Shown one piece after another: positions 36,555 through 46,560 of a stretch of 64,000 bases of DNA. Where the stretch lies: NCBI GenBank assembly GCA_963703365.1, contig OY969815.1, forward strand, positions 1,152,270 through 1,216,269, given 5' to 3'. The notes beneath the pieces were generated by a model. The model was given only the letters and a program-made list of their open reading frames with translations, did not search any database and was not told where the DNA came from. A program made the translations under genes and the position numbers. Origin of the DNA: an uncultured Bacteroidota bacterium. Lineage in GTDB: Bacteria; Bacteroidota; Ignavibacteria; Kryptoniales; JAKASW01. Position 1 is the first letter of the stretch. Every line of letters begins with the position of its first letter.

Positions 36555-37121
36555 ATGACAAAAGAGAAAAAACAAACACTTTGCCCTGTAGAAAAAGCGG
36601 GAGGACTTGATAATTCTGTCAGGAGATTATTGCAAAATCCTCAGAGAATATTAAGATCATACATTAGAACTGGAATGACGGTTCTTGATTTAGGCTGTGG
36701 TCCGGGCTTTTTTTCCGTGGAAATCGCAAAACTGCTTAACGGCTCGGGGAAAGTTATAGCTGCTGATTTGCAAGATGGAATGCTGGAAAAGGTAAACAGA
36801 AAGATTAAAGGGACGGAATTGGAAGAAAGAATCACATTACATAAGTGTGAAGACAATAGAGTTGGCGTCACCGAAAATGTGGATTTTGTCTTGGCTTTCT
36901 ATATGATCCACGAAGTGCCAAGTCAGGATGAGCTATTTGGAGAATTGAAATCGATTTTAAAACCCGGCGGAAAGATATACATTATTGAGCCGAAGTTTCA
37001 TGTTTCAAAGAAATCGTTCGATGAGATGATCGATAAACTTAGAAACATTGGATTTGAAATTATTGATAGACCGAAGGTATTTTTTAGCCGGACGGCTTTA
37101 ATAACAAATAAGAAATTGTGA
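36555..37121 (+). CDS. class I SAM-dependent methyltransferase
   Basis: Motif I VLDLGCGPGFF, an acidic post-I residue (IAADLQ) and motif ..LKPGGKIYIIEP. 188 aa. Confidence 0.8.
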   Translation: MTKEKKQTLCPVEKAGGLDNSVRRLLQNPQRILRSYIRTGMTVLDLGCGPGFFSVEIAKLLNGSGKVIAADLQDGMLEKVNRKIKGTELEERITLHKCEDNRVGVTENVDFVLAFYMIHEVPSQDELFGELKSILKPGGKIYIIEPKFHVSKKSFDEMIDKLRNIGFEIIDRPKVFFSRTALITNKKL

Positions 37122-37187
37122 GGGTCGCTCAAATGGGGACGACAGCGTCCGTATTTTTCTTTAACCACAACTTACAAGGAGGAGAAG

Positions 37188-38198
37188 ATGAAACCTAAAA
37201 TTATTCTGCTGCTATCCGCGATCACAATCATGTGTTTAAGTCAATTTGATGCCCGATCACAAACGAAAACGGCACTGAGAAAAATGGAAGACAGCTCATC
37301 CGTTACGCCAGCTGATTCCATGAGATATGGTATGGTTTACGTTAGCCATATTAGTTTGGATCACGTATCTGTTCTTGACCCCGAAAATAATCGGATCGTC
37401 AGGAAAATCAAATCGGGCATGGGTCCTTGTTGCGTCGAACTTTCTTCTCAACTTGACCATGGATACATCGGGAATTACAAATCCAACGACGTTACTGTCT
37501 TTGGTACAAAAACTGGAAAAACGATTGCAATAGTGCCGGCAGGCGATCATCCATCTCACCTACTCCTGACGGCGGACGCACGATACCTGCTAATCGGTCA
37601 TGAATCTAATGATGGTCTCTGGTTCTTAGACACGCGCACTAATCAGGTTGTCAAGAAATTAGGGGAAGGGACGGGTAGTCTCTGCAGGCCAGAAAAAGGG
37701 AACAAAATATATCAGAGTCAGATTTTTACCCCGTTCGTATATGTCATAGATCCGGAGACACAAACAGTCGAGAAGAGAATTGAAGTTGGGGGACGGCCGT
37801 TAGATATCGCATTCTCCCCCGACCAGAAATATCTTTATGTAGCTAACGCTGATCTCAATGAAGTTGAACAAATTGACACGCAATCCGATTCCGTCGTTGC
37901 GAGAATTCATGATGTGAATGTCGCGCGCGGGATAGCAGTGACACCCGACGGCAAATTTGTTTATGTTACCAACGTTCAGCTATCCACCGTGACCATCATA
38001 GATGTCGCTTCCGCTGCGATTGTAAAAACGATTCCCGTGGGCACAATGCCAACGTCAATTGCGATGGTTCCCGACGGCAGATACGCTTATGTGTCTTGCC
38101 AGGGAAACGCTTCTATCTTTGTAATAGACACAAAGACACAGGAAATTGTCAAGTCGATTTTAGTTGACAGTAATCCAATCACAGTGCAGGTGAGATAG
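37188..38198 (+). CDS. exported YVTN/YncE-like beta-propeller repeat protein
   Basis: Signal peptide, then repeated ..P..IA.SPDGKY.YV.N...N.V.VID... units (FSPDQKYLYVANADLNEVEQID, VTPDGKFVYVTNVQLSTVTIID, MVPDGRYAYVSCQGNASIFVID). Confidence 0.75.
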   Translation: MKPKIILLLSAITIMCLSQFDARSQTKTALRKMEDSSSVTPADSMRYGMVYVSHISLDHVSVLDPENNRIVRKIKSGMGPCCVELSSQLDHGYIGNYKSNDVTVFGTKTGKTIAIVPAGDHPSHLLLTADARYLLIGHESNDGLWFLDTRTNQVVKKLGEGTGSLCRPEKGNKIYQSQIFTPFVYVIDPETQTVEKRIEVGGRPLDIAFSPDQKYLYVANADLNEVEQIDTQSDSVVARIHDVNVARGIAVTPDGKFVYVTNVQLSTVTIIDVASAAIVKTIPVGTMPTSIAMVPDGRYAYVSCQGNASIFVIDTKTQEIVKSILVDSNPITVQVR

Positions 38199-38364
38199 AA
38201 GCTTGAGAATCCCTCGGAGCGTTGTAGAGGGGAACGCTTCGCGACTACTCCATTACAGCAGTGGGCGGCGATGCCCCACAATAAAAGAGTCCAGGACAAA
38301 TGTGATTTGTGAAGAGGTCAGGTGAAGTGCGGCACGACACACAATTCTAAAAGGGATCAAAGCT

Positions 38365-38844
38365 ATGAAAACGATGAAACAGCAGTGTTATCTTTTTAAC
38401 GTGTGGGGAACATGGTTAGGCATTCCTGCTTTAGCTATCGTAATGGGAGTGCTGGTAGGATGGTGGGCAGCTATCTTTGTGCTGATCGTCGGGGTGTTCG
38501 CCCAAATCTTCTACATAAAGATATTTCCGAAAATGTCCCGATTGCTTGGATACGGTTCTGTCGAGGATGTAGCAGCCGAACCGGTAGCGGAGACGGAGAA
38601 AGTCTCAAAGGTCACCTTGTACACAGCTAATGTTTGCCCATTCTGTCCAATTGTCAAGCGCCGCCTCATCGAGCTGCAAAGTAAAATGGGATTCGAGCTG
38701 GCGGATGTGGACATCACCTTCCAACCGGGTGTGATACGAGAGAAGGGTTTTAAATCTGTACCGGTAGTCGAAGTGGAAGGACGATACTGGGTCGGCAATG
38801 CAACAAGCGCTCAACTTGCAGCGTTCTTGACCAACCGAAAGTAA
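38365..38844 (+). CDS. membrane-anchored glutaredoxin/thioredoxin-fold protein (CPFC)
   Basis: Two N-terminal hydrophobic helices followed by a Grx-like domain TLYTANVCPFCPIVKRRL ... SVPVVEVEGRYWVG. Confidence 0.6.
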   Translation: MKTMKQQCYLFNVWGTWLGIPALAIVMGVLVGWWAAIFVLIVGVFAQIFYIKIFPKMSRLLGYGSVEDVAAEPVAETEKVSKVTLYTANVCPFCPIVKRRLIELQSKMGFELADVDITFQPGVIREKGFKSVPVVEVEGRYWVGNATSAQLAAFLTNRK

Positions 38845-38949
38845 AGCACTTGACGTGCGGCCTGTGCTACCACGCAGCCCCTCGTTTCGGTAAAAAGAAA
38901 TGAACGATGTCTATTATCGTAATATTCAAATAAGAAAGAGATATCTCCA

Positions 38950-39309
38950 GTGACACAGTTCCTCAAACGATTGCTGTTCTGGTCACCAAGGGTGCTCAGT
39001 ATTTTGTTTGTTTTGTTTATAAGTTTGTTTGCCTTGGATGTGTTTAGTGAGGGTCACGGGTTTTGGCAAACGATGCTCGCCCTTCTTATACATCTAATTC
39101 CAACAGCCATTATCATAGTTGCAATTGTGATTGCCTGGCGCCGGGAATGGATCGGAGCAGTGTTGTTTATCGCCTGTGGGTTGTGGTACTTGTTCGCGAA
39201 CTTGCGTCACGCCTCCTGGATTCTTACGATATCCGGCCCGTTGTTGTTGATAGGGATTCTGTTCGCTCTGAGTTGGCTGTACCGAAAAGACCTCCGAGCA
39301 AGTTCTTGA
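38950..39309 (+). CDS. small polytopic membrane protein, unknown function
   Basis: GTG start, 119 aa, four hydrophobic segments. I recognise no motif. Confidence 0.5.
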   Translation: MTQFLKRLLFWSPRVLSILFVLFISLFALDVFSEGHGFWQTMLALLIHLIPTAIIIVAIVIAWRREWIGAVLFIACGLWYLFANLRHASWILTISGPLLLIGILFALSWLYRKDLRASS

Positions 39310-39440
39310 GATGGCAACTTGAGAATGCAAAAGGAAAAGTGTTACCTAGTTCGTGCGGACTTTCTATTCAATGCCAAGAGAGAGAAGGGGAAAACTCTTT
39401 ATGCCATGATGCACGTATTCGCGGGGAATTAAAGTGCCTT

Positions 39441-40277
39441 CTAAACCATCTCTACAAATGTAGTCAGGAATCTTGAAAAATTTTCTTCGACCTTTGCGCC
39501 GACCTTGGTTACTTCTTCATGTGAAAGTTTTTCTGAAGCTATACCTGTGCTGAAATTTGTGAGGCAGCTAATCCCTATTACCTCCATCTCGGCTGATCGA
39601 GCGAACATCGCTTCGTGAACTGTTGACATTCCGACAGCATCTGCTCTTAGAGTTCTGTAAAACATTACCTCTGCAGGAGTCTCATAAGATGGTCCAGTCA
39701 GCCCGAGATATATGCCGGCTTTGAGATTTACGCCGGACTTTTCCGCCGCCATGAAAGCTGTCGTTGCAAGCTTCTCGCTATAAATTGGATTTAAGTCCTT
39801 CCTAGACATTTCCAAATCGAGCAGAACATTTCTAAATGTAAGATTGATTTGATCTTTTATAAGCATCAGGTCGCCAGGAACGAATTTCTCATTGAGAATT
39901 CCTGCGGCGTTTGTCAGGATGATTTTTTTTATCCCGAGTTGGTGAGAGACGATTGTAGTTACTACTGCATCGACTGATGATCCTGTCTCGTAATAATGAA
40001 CGCGTCCGCTGAAGACGAGGATTCTTTTGTCTGCCACGTTTGCGCTTACAATTTCGCCAACGTGTCCGGGAACAGTTGAACGTGGGTAGTCGGGTATTTC
40101 ATTTGTCTTTAGAATAACTTTGCGAGAAAGATGTTTTGTGAAACCGCCGAGTCCACTGCCGAGAACAATCGCAATATCATGGTGTACGTTGTTGAAGTAA
40201 TTCGCGATGAAAATAGAGGAAGCGCAAAATGGAAGTCGAGCAAGCTTTCTATTCCTCCTTCTCATAAGGGATTCCAT
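39441..40277 (-). CDS. purine nucleoside phosphorylase (trimeric PNP/MTAP family)
   Basis: IVLGSGLGGF, SGRVHYYE, LTNAAGILN, GPSYETPAE and MSTVHE motifs. The exact start is uncertain. Confidence 0.8.
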   Translation of the reverse strand: MESLMRRRNRKLARLPFCASSIFIANYFNNVHHDIAIVLGSGLGGFTKHLSRKVILKTNEIPDYPRSTVPGHVGEIVSANVADKRILVFSGRVHYYETGSSVDAVVTTIVSHQLGIKKIILTNAAGILNEKFVPGDLMLIKDQINLTFRNVLLDLEMSRKDLNPIYSEKLATTAFMAAEKSGVNLKAGIYLGLTGPSYETPAEVMFYRTLRADAVGMSTVHEAMFARSAEMEVIGISCLTNFSTGIASEKLSHEEVTKVGAKVEENFSRFLTTFVEMV

Positions 40278-40328
40278 CTGTCACCGCCGGAGCAACAGAT
40301 TTTCCGATAAATCACGAATGCTTGACTT

Positions 40329-40904
40329 CTAATTAGACGGTGGTACAAAACATCTTCTGCAGCGAGCTTCGTAAATATCTTTTGCGCCGACCAAAAAAAG
40401 TTCTCCGGATTGTGTTTTTCTTTGAGTGCGGTCGGCAGGATTTCCACAGACGACGCAAATAGCAAGAGTTTTTGTAATATATTCTGCTACTGCGAGGAGC
40501 TGCGGAATCGGCTCGAACGGCTTTCCGCGGTAATCCTGATCGAGTCCGGCAACGATAACTCTCTTCCCGGCTGATGCGAGCGACTCGCAGACTTCAACAA
40601 GATCCATTTTGAAAAATTGTCCCTCGTCGATTCCAACGACCTGAGCATCTTTCGCTAATGCAGGAATTCCCAATGCCGAATCGACAACGATTGATTTCAG
40701 CCGGTCGTCGCTGTGAGAGACAATATCGTCATCGCTGTAACGATTTTCGATTTGCGGTTTGAATATCGCGACATTCTGGCGTGCGATCTCGGCTCGGCGC
40801 AGGCGGCGAATCAGCTCTTCGGTTTTCCCGCTGAACATACATCCGCATATTACCTCGATCCATCCGGTCTCTCGCGGCGCGTAATGAGGGCTAATCTCTT
40901 CCAT
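40329..40904 (-). CDS. tdk: thymidine kinase
   Basis: P-loop GCMFSGKTEELIRR, DEGQFF and a C-terminal zinc ribbon CVVCG..//..CRRCF. ATG 40904 (MEEISP..) is preferred, and the ORF is open to 40931. Confidence 0.85.
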   Translation of the reverse strand: MEEISPHYAPRETGWIEVICGCMFSGKTEELIRRLRRAEIARQNVAIFKPQIENRYSDDDIVSHSDDRLKSIVVDSALGIPALAKDAQVVGIDEGQFFKMDLVEVCESLASAGKRVIVAGLDQDYRGKPFEPIPQLLAVAEYITKTLAICVVCGNPADRTQRKTQSGELFLVGAKDIYEARCRRCFVPPSN

Positions 40905-41313
40905 TAGATAATGTTTTAGATGTGAAAGCATGCGGAAGCAGTGAAGAAAGGTTTTCTTTTTTTACTGTTCCACTTTTGTTTGTCATATAAATTTCGATGT
41001 CTCCGGCAAGCTCAAACATTATCTGCCTGCAGGCGCCGCACGGTGGACAAAAGTCAATGGCGTCAGATACAATGGCAATCTTTTTGAATTTTGTTTCGCC
41101 TGAAGTGATTGCTTTCCAAAGTGCGATCCGCTCAGCGCACATCGAAAGTCCATAGCTGCTCGATTCGATATTGAATGCGGAATAAATTTCGCCCGTTTCT
41201 GTTTCTATTGCGACGCCGACTCTAAAATGTGAAAAAGTAGCCGTTGATTTTTTTCTGGCTTTCTCTGCTGCTACAATGAGTTCAGAAACAGATTCGTTGA
41301 ATGGCATTTTCAA
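40891..41313 (-). CDS. cdd: cytidine deaminase
   Basis: Zinc motifs CAERIALWKA and PCGACRQ. 140 aa (homotetrameric type length). Confidence 0.85.
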   Translation of the reverse strand: MKMPFNESVSELIVAAEKARKKSTATFSHFRVGVAIETETGEIYSAFNIESSSYGLSMCAERIALWKAITSGETKFKKIAIVSDAIDFCPPCGACRQIMFELAGDIEIYMTNKSGTVKKENLSSLLPHAFTSKTLSNGRD

Positions 41314-41463
41314 GAAATATACCTGCGAGTGCGTATAAAATCAAGGTTTTGAGCGACGTAGCCAAGTAAACGTCTCCCCTAAAGCTACATTTCGAGCGAT
41401 CCCAACACGAGAATTTTCAAATCAGGAGAGTCCAGAAACGTGCTTCTATCTCCGTATCGCAGC

Positions 41464-43545
41464 TCAATAATTCAGTGGGTATTTGTATATCGTCGGCAAG
41501 TCCAGCCCTCTCTCGTAGTCCGACGAGAAATAGAGATCATGGTTCGCAACGTTGATGTCAATAATGTTCCCATGAACTGCGAATAACTTGACAGGTAGAT
41601 TGTCGCCCCCGCGAGCGGAATCTGCAACTTGCTGGAGCCAAACGCTTGTGGAGTCATTATCTTCATACGTGCTATAAAGATTGTTTTTGCTTGCACAGAT
41701 TAAGGAGATAGAAAATGGGCTGTGGTATGTTATCAATCTGTGTGTCTGTAAATTGTACATCCCGATTGAATGTGCCCCGTTAAGGGAATCTATTACCAAA
41801 GCAATCTCTAAATTATTATCCCTATTGAAACTGCATTGAATAATTTTGAACGGACGAGTGATCAAACTATCAATAACCGGAATATGCCTTGAACGCATTT
41901 CAACTATATAAAGATTTCCGTCTTGAACGAAAGCGCCGAAATTTCCGTCCTGACCCACCGAGCCTGATTCTGCCAGATAAGATGTACTCCCATTTTCAGT
42001 TCTAAAATAGACGGACGATCCTTTACGAGAAGTTGTCTCAATCATGCACTCTGTACCATCATCAGTCACCGACACACGATAGCAATTGCGTGATTCTTGT
42101 GATATGGTGGGCTCGTTTTGCACCGCGTAATTTCGTGAGTTGGAATCAATGCCCACATATATCAATCGGCCTCCGTATGATGTCGGGCTAAATGCAGCTG
42201 TCTTTAGTTGGTCGCCGCTCAATATTGGCACTGCAGGAAATTGTGATATTGTTTTAGGCGTACCGTCTCCGAAATAAAGGGGGAAAGTTACGGCAGCGAT
42301 CATGGCTGCCGCCATACTCATTCTCCATGCGAGCAAGTGTGTGGGTACAATTCTCAATTGAAAAACAAGATAGGCGATGTAGATCGATAGAAGTAGAAAA
42401 AATCTTTCGTAAAGCAGTATCGGTGTTTGGATTTTGAGGAAACCAGCAAGACCGGCAAAAAGCGGAATGCAAACCATGACGTATAGGACAATAAAAAGTT
42501 TAGCATTGAAAGTACGGTGTTCTTCGATTGCAGTTTGTGACAAACAAATTATCGCTGGCGCGAGGAGAATAAGTTGAAAAGTTGTTCCTGTAGGAGATAA
42601 GAAGATTACAGGAAAAGTCGAAGCCACGAAGGCTTCTCGTGGATTATTTTTCTCAATTGCGCGATAGAAATAATAAGTCGCAGGCACAACAATAAATGCT
42701 TTAAAGAGAGAAATCGAGAAAACGTACAAGTCTCTCGACGCAAGTATTGGGTTGGGGTTAAGCGTTGGGTCATAAAAAAAGAGACGTCTAAAGAATGACC
42801 AAGCGGTTTGGTATGAAATTGAAAAAGGGTTCTGAACTCTGCCGTTGATGTAGAACGGGAAAATCCTATCTAAATAATAAACGATGGTTGATTCTCCGAC
42901 AACCACATAAGTGACAACGACAACAAACAGAGAAGAAACGAGGAAATAAATAAAGACGCGCCATTTTTTTGCCAATAGAAAAAGTATTGCAGGGATTGCG
43001 AAAAACACTTTAAATGGAAAAGCTATGCCAAGTATAACTCCTGCTGCTCTTTCTGCCTTTATGGAGAATACGAAGAATGCCGCGGCAAAAAGCAGAGTGA
43101 GAATTATAAATGGCTCGCTTGAGCTAAAGTTTGTTGCTAACGCAAATGAAGAACTGAGAAAAACTAAATATGCAGTCTTGACCGAAGAGTTTGCAAGTTT
43201 AGCGGTGGTGTGGACAAGTGGTACCAGTGCTACGAGATTAAGGGCGGTTAACAAAAATTTTGAAACGGCGGCTGGTGGAATTGCGATAAACACATCGAGA
43301 ATAAAAGAAGCTGGCGTTGAGACAGCAAGAGAGAAAATCCTATTCGAAAGCCCGCTTGCATCAATGAGCTTTTGAAAATCTGGGAAGCGATAGAAGATTG
43401 TCGGATCAATTCCGCGCAAGAAGTTTTTTCCTGCAACGTAATAGGCAATAAAATTTCCTTCGAGTCTGAAAAAGCCGGGAAGGATTCCGTAAAGGATTAT
43501 GAAAAGCGTCGAGATGAAGACAAAAATTCGAGCGATGAGTCGCAT
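41464..43545 (-). CDS. large polytopic membrane protein with C-terminal beta-rich soluble domain (possibly GT-C-type glycosyltransferase)
   Basis: About 12 hydrophobic segments over the first about 430 aa and a non-membrane tail of about 260 aa. The family assignment is a guess from architecture only. Confidence 0.45.
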   Translation of the reverse strand: MRLIARIFVFISTLFIILYGILPGFFRLEGNFIAYYVAGKNFLRGIDPTIFYRFPDFQKLIDASGLSNRIFSLAVSTPASFILDVFIAIPPAAVSKFLLTALNLVALVPLVHTTAKLANSSVKTAYLVFLSSSFALATNFSSSEPFIILTLLFAAAFFVFSIKAERAAGVILGIAFPFKVFFAIPAILFLLAKKWRVFIYFLVSSLFVVVVTYVVVGESTIVYYLDRIFPFYINGRVQNPFSISYQTAWSFFRRLFFYDPTLNPNPILASRDLYVFSISLFKAFIVVPATYYFYRAIEKNNPREAFVASTFPVIFLSPTGTTFQLILLAPAIICLSQTAIEEHRTFNAKLFIVLYVMVCIPLFAGLAGFLKIQTPILLYERFFLLLSIYIAYLVFQLRIVPTHLLAWRMSMAAAMIAAVTFPLYFGDGTPKTISQFPAVPILSGDQLKTAAFSPTSYGGRLIYVGIDSNSRNYAVQNEPTISQESRNCYRVSVTDDGTECMIETTSRKGSSVYFRTENGSTSYLAESGSVGQDGNFGAFVQDGNLYIVEMRSRHIPVIDSLITRPFKIIQCSFNRDNNLEIALVIDSLNGAHSIGMYNLQTHRLITYHSPFSISLICASKNNLYSTYEDNDSTSVWLQQVADSARGGDNLPVKLFAVHGNIIDINVANHDLYFSSDYERGLDLPTIYKYPLNY

Positions 43546-43579
43546 CTAATTAAGGCTTTTGATATTTGTGATTCGGTCC

Positions 43580-44899
43580 TTACCGATTTGTGAGAGTGAA
43601 TGAGGTTATCTCCGGCGGACAATTTACACGCACCGGTAATCCGATCGTTCCGATTCCACGGCTAACGTAGAGCAGGGAATCAGCGCGCTTGTATTTTCCC
43701 GAAATGTATTGCGAAGAGAGCGCTGCGGGTGTCAGTTTGACACCAAGGAAGTCAACGAGAACTATTTGGCCTCCGTGTGTGTGTCCGCTAAGCATAACAT
43801 CGAATTCTCCGGCCACGGCTTTTTCGAAATAGTACGGCTTGTGACAAAGAAGAATTCGCGTCGTGTTTAATGATGCTGCTTCATAAGAAACCTTCTTGAA
43901 ATCGGCGTGACTCCCGTCATCGACGCCGCAGAGCATCAGCTTTGCTCCGCCGATCTCCAGTTCCTCAGTCTCGTTTCTCAAAACTATCATCCCTGTCTCA
44001 CGGATTTTCTCCGTAATAATATTGGGGTTTCCAAAAAAATCATGATTGCCGAGACAGGTGTATGTTCCATATTTCGATTTCAGTCCGGAAAATGCGTTTA
44101 CGAACGGGACAATTTCTTCCGTCTTGGTCGTAACAAAATCACCTGGGATCAAAATTATATCAGCTTTCAAATCGTTTATGGCCTGAGCGTACTTCAGCAT
44201 GTCGTCTTCTAACATATACATGCCGACGTGGATGTCGCTGATCATTGCGATTCTCGTTCCTTCAATTTGATGCGGCAAATTTTTTACCGCCAGCTTGACA
44301 TTTTCTATTTTGTATTCCTCGCGGCTGTAAATGCTGTGAAGTGAGCCAGCGAACGTATATGCGCCGAGTCCCATTGCACCTTTCTTTATGAAAGAGCGCC
44401 GTGAACTTGAATATGAAAGCTTTGATTCCGTCTTCGTTTTATTCATACGTTGAAAAATCCCTATGATCCATTTTATCGGGAACATTATTAAAGCACATAA
44501 CAACACTGCAATACTAAATGTCTCGTAAGCATAGAAAGGCCACATGATGAGTTTCCGGGCGAAGCCATGATAGAAAAGCTGCGGCATGTAGTATATAAAC
44601 AACGGCGGAAGATTTATCAGGATGAAAATAAGAGGTAGATAAAGCCTCGTGAATTTCAGGTTCGTTCTTGATCCGAAGATATACTTTGCTGCAATTTTAT
44701 AAACAACAAATTGCGAACCGACCATAAACAGGATCAGAATTATCTTGAAAAAATGAAATGGTACGTCCGGCATCTCTGAAATTTTCCTTTCATGCTTTTG
44801 TAATTTAGCAAGTGCGGGAGTTTTTTGATAGTCAGTAAGAAAGGTCAAAGATAAAAAATCAAAACCATGACTAATTTGGCATGTGGACTTTTCAGCCAT
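43580..44899 (-). CDS. membrane-anchored metallophosphoesterase (calcineurin-like)
   Basis: ISDIHVG, GDFV, GNHD and SGHTHGGQ motifs after several N-terminal TM helices. The start may be ATG 44773 (MPDVPFHFF..). Confidence 0.75.
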   Translation of the reverse strand: MAEKSTCQISHGFDFLSLTFLTDYQKTPALAKLQKHERKISEMPDVPFHFFKIILILFMVGSQFVVYKIAAKYIFGSRTNLKFTRLYLPLIFILINLPPLFIYYMPQLFYHGFARKLIMWPFYAYETFSIAVLLCALIMFPIKWIIGIFQRMNKTKTESKLSYSSSRRSFIKKGAMGLGAYTFAGSLHSIYSREEYKIENVKLAVKNLPHQIEGTRIAMISDIHVGMYMLEDDMLKYAQAINDLKADIILIPGDFVTTKTEEIVPFVNAFSGLKSKYGTYTCLGNHDFFGNPNIITEKIRETGMIVLRNETEELEIGGAKLMLCGVDDGSHADFKKVSYEAASLNTTRILLCHKPYYFEKAVAGEFDVMLSGHTHGGQIVLVDFLGVKLTPAALSSQYISGKYKRADSLLYVSRGIGTIGLPVRVNCPPEITSFTLTNR

Positions 44900-45045
44900 T
44901 AGCTGATCAGCCTTCGGCTGAGGCTTTTGACTTTTCTCTTCATTATATTGAGCTTCGAAGCGATGACAAGAAATTGGCTCACTCTACAAGAGCGTATCTC
45001 CATTCCGATTACCCTTTTGAAATAAATTAGCCGAAAGGAAAGTTT

Positions 45046-46353
45046 ATGAGTGGCAAATCAAGAGCAGGAAAATTTTTCAGCAGCTTTCACAGATCGTTCT
45101 GGGTTGCAAATTTTCTCGAACTTTTCGAGCGGCTCGCTTATTATGCGCAAGCCACCGTAATGAGCATATTCCTCAGAAATTATTTGAAGTTCAACGAAGT
45201 GGATGCTGGTACACTCTCATCGATCTTCGGCGGTTTCGTTTACCTGCTGCCGATTTTTGCCGGCACGTTTGCGGACAAGTACGGTTTTCGGAAAGCATTC
45301 TCGTTCGCCTTCTTCGTAATGGCAATAGGATATTTCCTTATCGGCGCAATCGGATCATCTATGCTCGCGCCGGTGACTCACAGCTTCTCGCTATTTTGGG
45401 TTCTTGTTGCCGTTTTGATTTTCACAGCAATTGGAGAATCGTTCATCAAGCCGTCAGTGCTTGGCACCATAGCCGTTTCATCAAACTCAAAGACAAAATC
45501 TCTCGGCTACGCGATATACTATACTCTGGTTAACATCGGCGGGGCAACGGGACCTGTGATAGCATATTTTGTCCGTGACAAGATAGGAATCCAGTTGGTT
45601 TATATGGTTTCCGCCGTCACATGTGCGATGATGTTTTTTGGGACAATCATTTTCTATCGTGAACCGGACGCCGTGCGCGCAATTGAACAGCCATCGCTCG
45701 GCGAAAAATTGAGAGACATGCTGCGCGTTTTGCGGAATGGACGTTTCATGGTTTTCTTGCTGATCTTTTCATTGTACTGGATAATTTTCTGGCAGATATT
45801 CATTATCATTCCTTTTTATTTGACTGATTTCATTTCTAAGAATGCGCCGTTCGAGCTAATCGAGTCGGTTGATGCATGGTCGATAATTGTTCTGCAAGTG
45901 ATCGTGAATAGAATGACAAAGAAGATGCCGCCGGTAACTGCGATTGTTGTCAGCTTCGGGATTGCGTCGTTGAGCTGGCTCGTGATTGCCGTGCACCCGA
46001 GCTTATGGACAATCATTGCAGCCATGATCGTTTGGTCGATCGGAGAGATGACGCAGGCGCCGCGCTATTATGAATATATCGCTGATCATGCGCCGAAAGG
46101 ACAGGAGGCGTTATTTCAGGGATACGCGTTTCTGCCGATTGCAATCGCATGGTTTGTCGGTGGAACATTTGGCGGCTGGCTTTACTCAACTTTTACAAAC
46201 TCGATTCTAATAATTAGCGGTGAATCGGTGCGGGCGATTGGCGAGCCGACCGGAATATGGCTGACGTTGGCGGGAATCGGAGCCGTGGCGACGGTGATGA
46301 TGGTGATATACAATGCGTTAATTACGAGAAAAGAGAAGGCAACTGAAGTTTGA
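45046..46353 (+). CDS. MFS transporter, proton-dependent oligopeptide (POT/PTR2) family-like
   Basis: About 12 TM segments. The N-terminal ELFERLAYYA matches the POT ExxER(F)xYY motif. Confidence 0.7.
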   Translation: MSGKSRAGKFFSSFHRSFWVANFLELFERLAYYAQATVMSIFLRNYLKFNEVDAGTLSSIFGGFVYLLPIFAGTFADKYGFRKAFSFAFFVMAIGYFLIGAIGSSMLAPVTHSFSLFWVLVAVLIFTAIGESFIKPSVLGTIAVSSNSKTKSLGYAIYYTLVNIGGATGPVIAYFVRDKIGIQLVYMVSAVTCAMMFFGTIIFYREPDAVRAIEQPSLGEKLRDMLRVLRNGRFMVFLLIFSLYWIIFWQIFIIIPFYLTDFISKNAPFELIESVDAWSIIVLQVIVNRMTKKMPPVTAIVVSFGIASLSWLVIAVHPSLWTIIAAMIVWSIGEMTQAPRYYEYIADHAPKGQEALFQGYAFLPIAIAWFVGGTFGGWLYSTFTNSILIISGESVRAIGEPTGIWLTLAGIGAVATVMMVIYNALITRKEKATEV

Positions 46354-46560
46354 AGATGGGTTTATTGCCAGCATGGTCGCCTGTTTATTCAGATTGCGGT
46401 CGGGTTTACCCGAAGCGAGCAAGGAAAACTTGGCAAAGTGGAACAGTAGGGCTATATTGAGTCATGATGTTTGTCGAAGACCCTGCTTGCGTGGGGACAG
46501 GTTCCGGACGAAGTTCGGATCGATATGTTATGTGCAACTAAAGTATAAAGAGGTTACATC

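Noticed and set aside
34958-39440. Calling the accessory-looking cluster a genomic island or mobile element
   Set aside because: There is no integrase, transposase, flanking tRNA or direct repeats that I could find. The compositional difference is judged by eye only, so it is reported as a hypothesis and not as a mobile_element feature.
39063-39476. 137-aa alternative-frame ORF overlapping the small membrane-protein gene and the pnp 3' end
   Set aside because: It has a Ser/Arg/Cys-rich nonsense-like translation in a locally GC-richer stretch. The hydrophobic-segment frame (38950-39309) is the plausible one.
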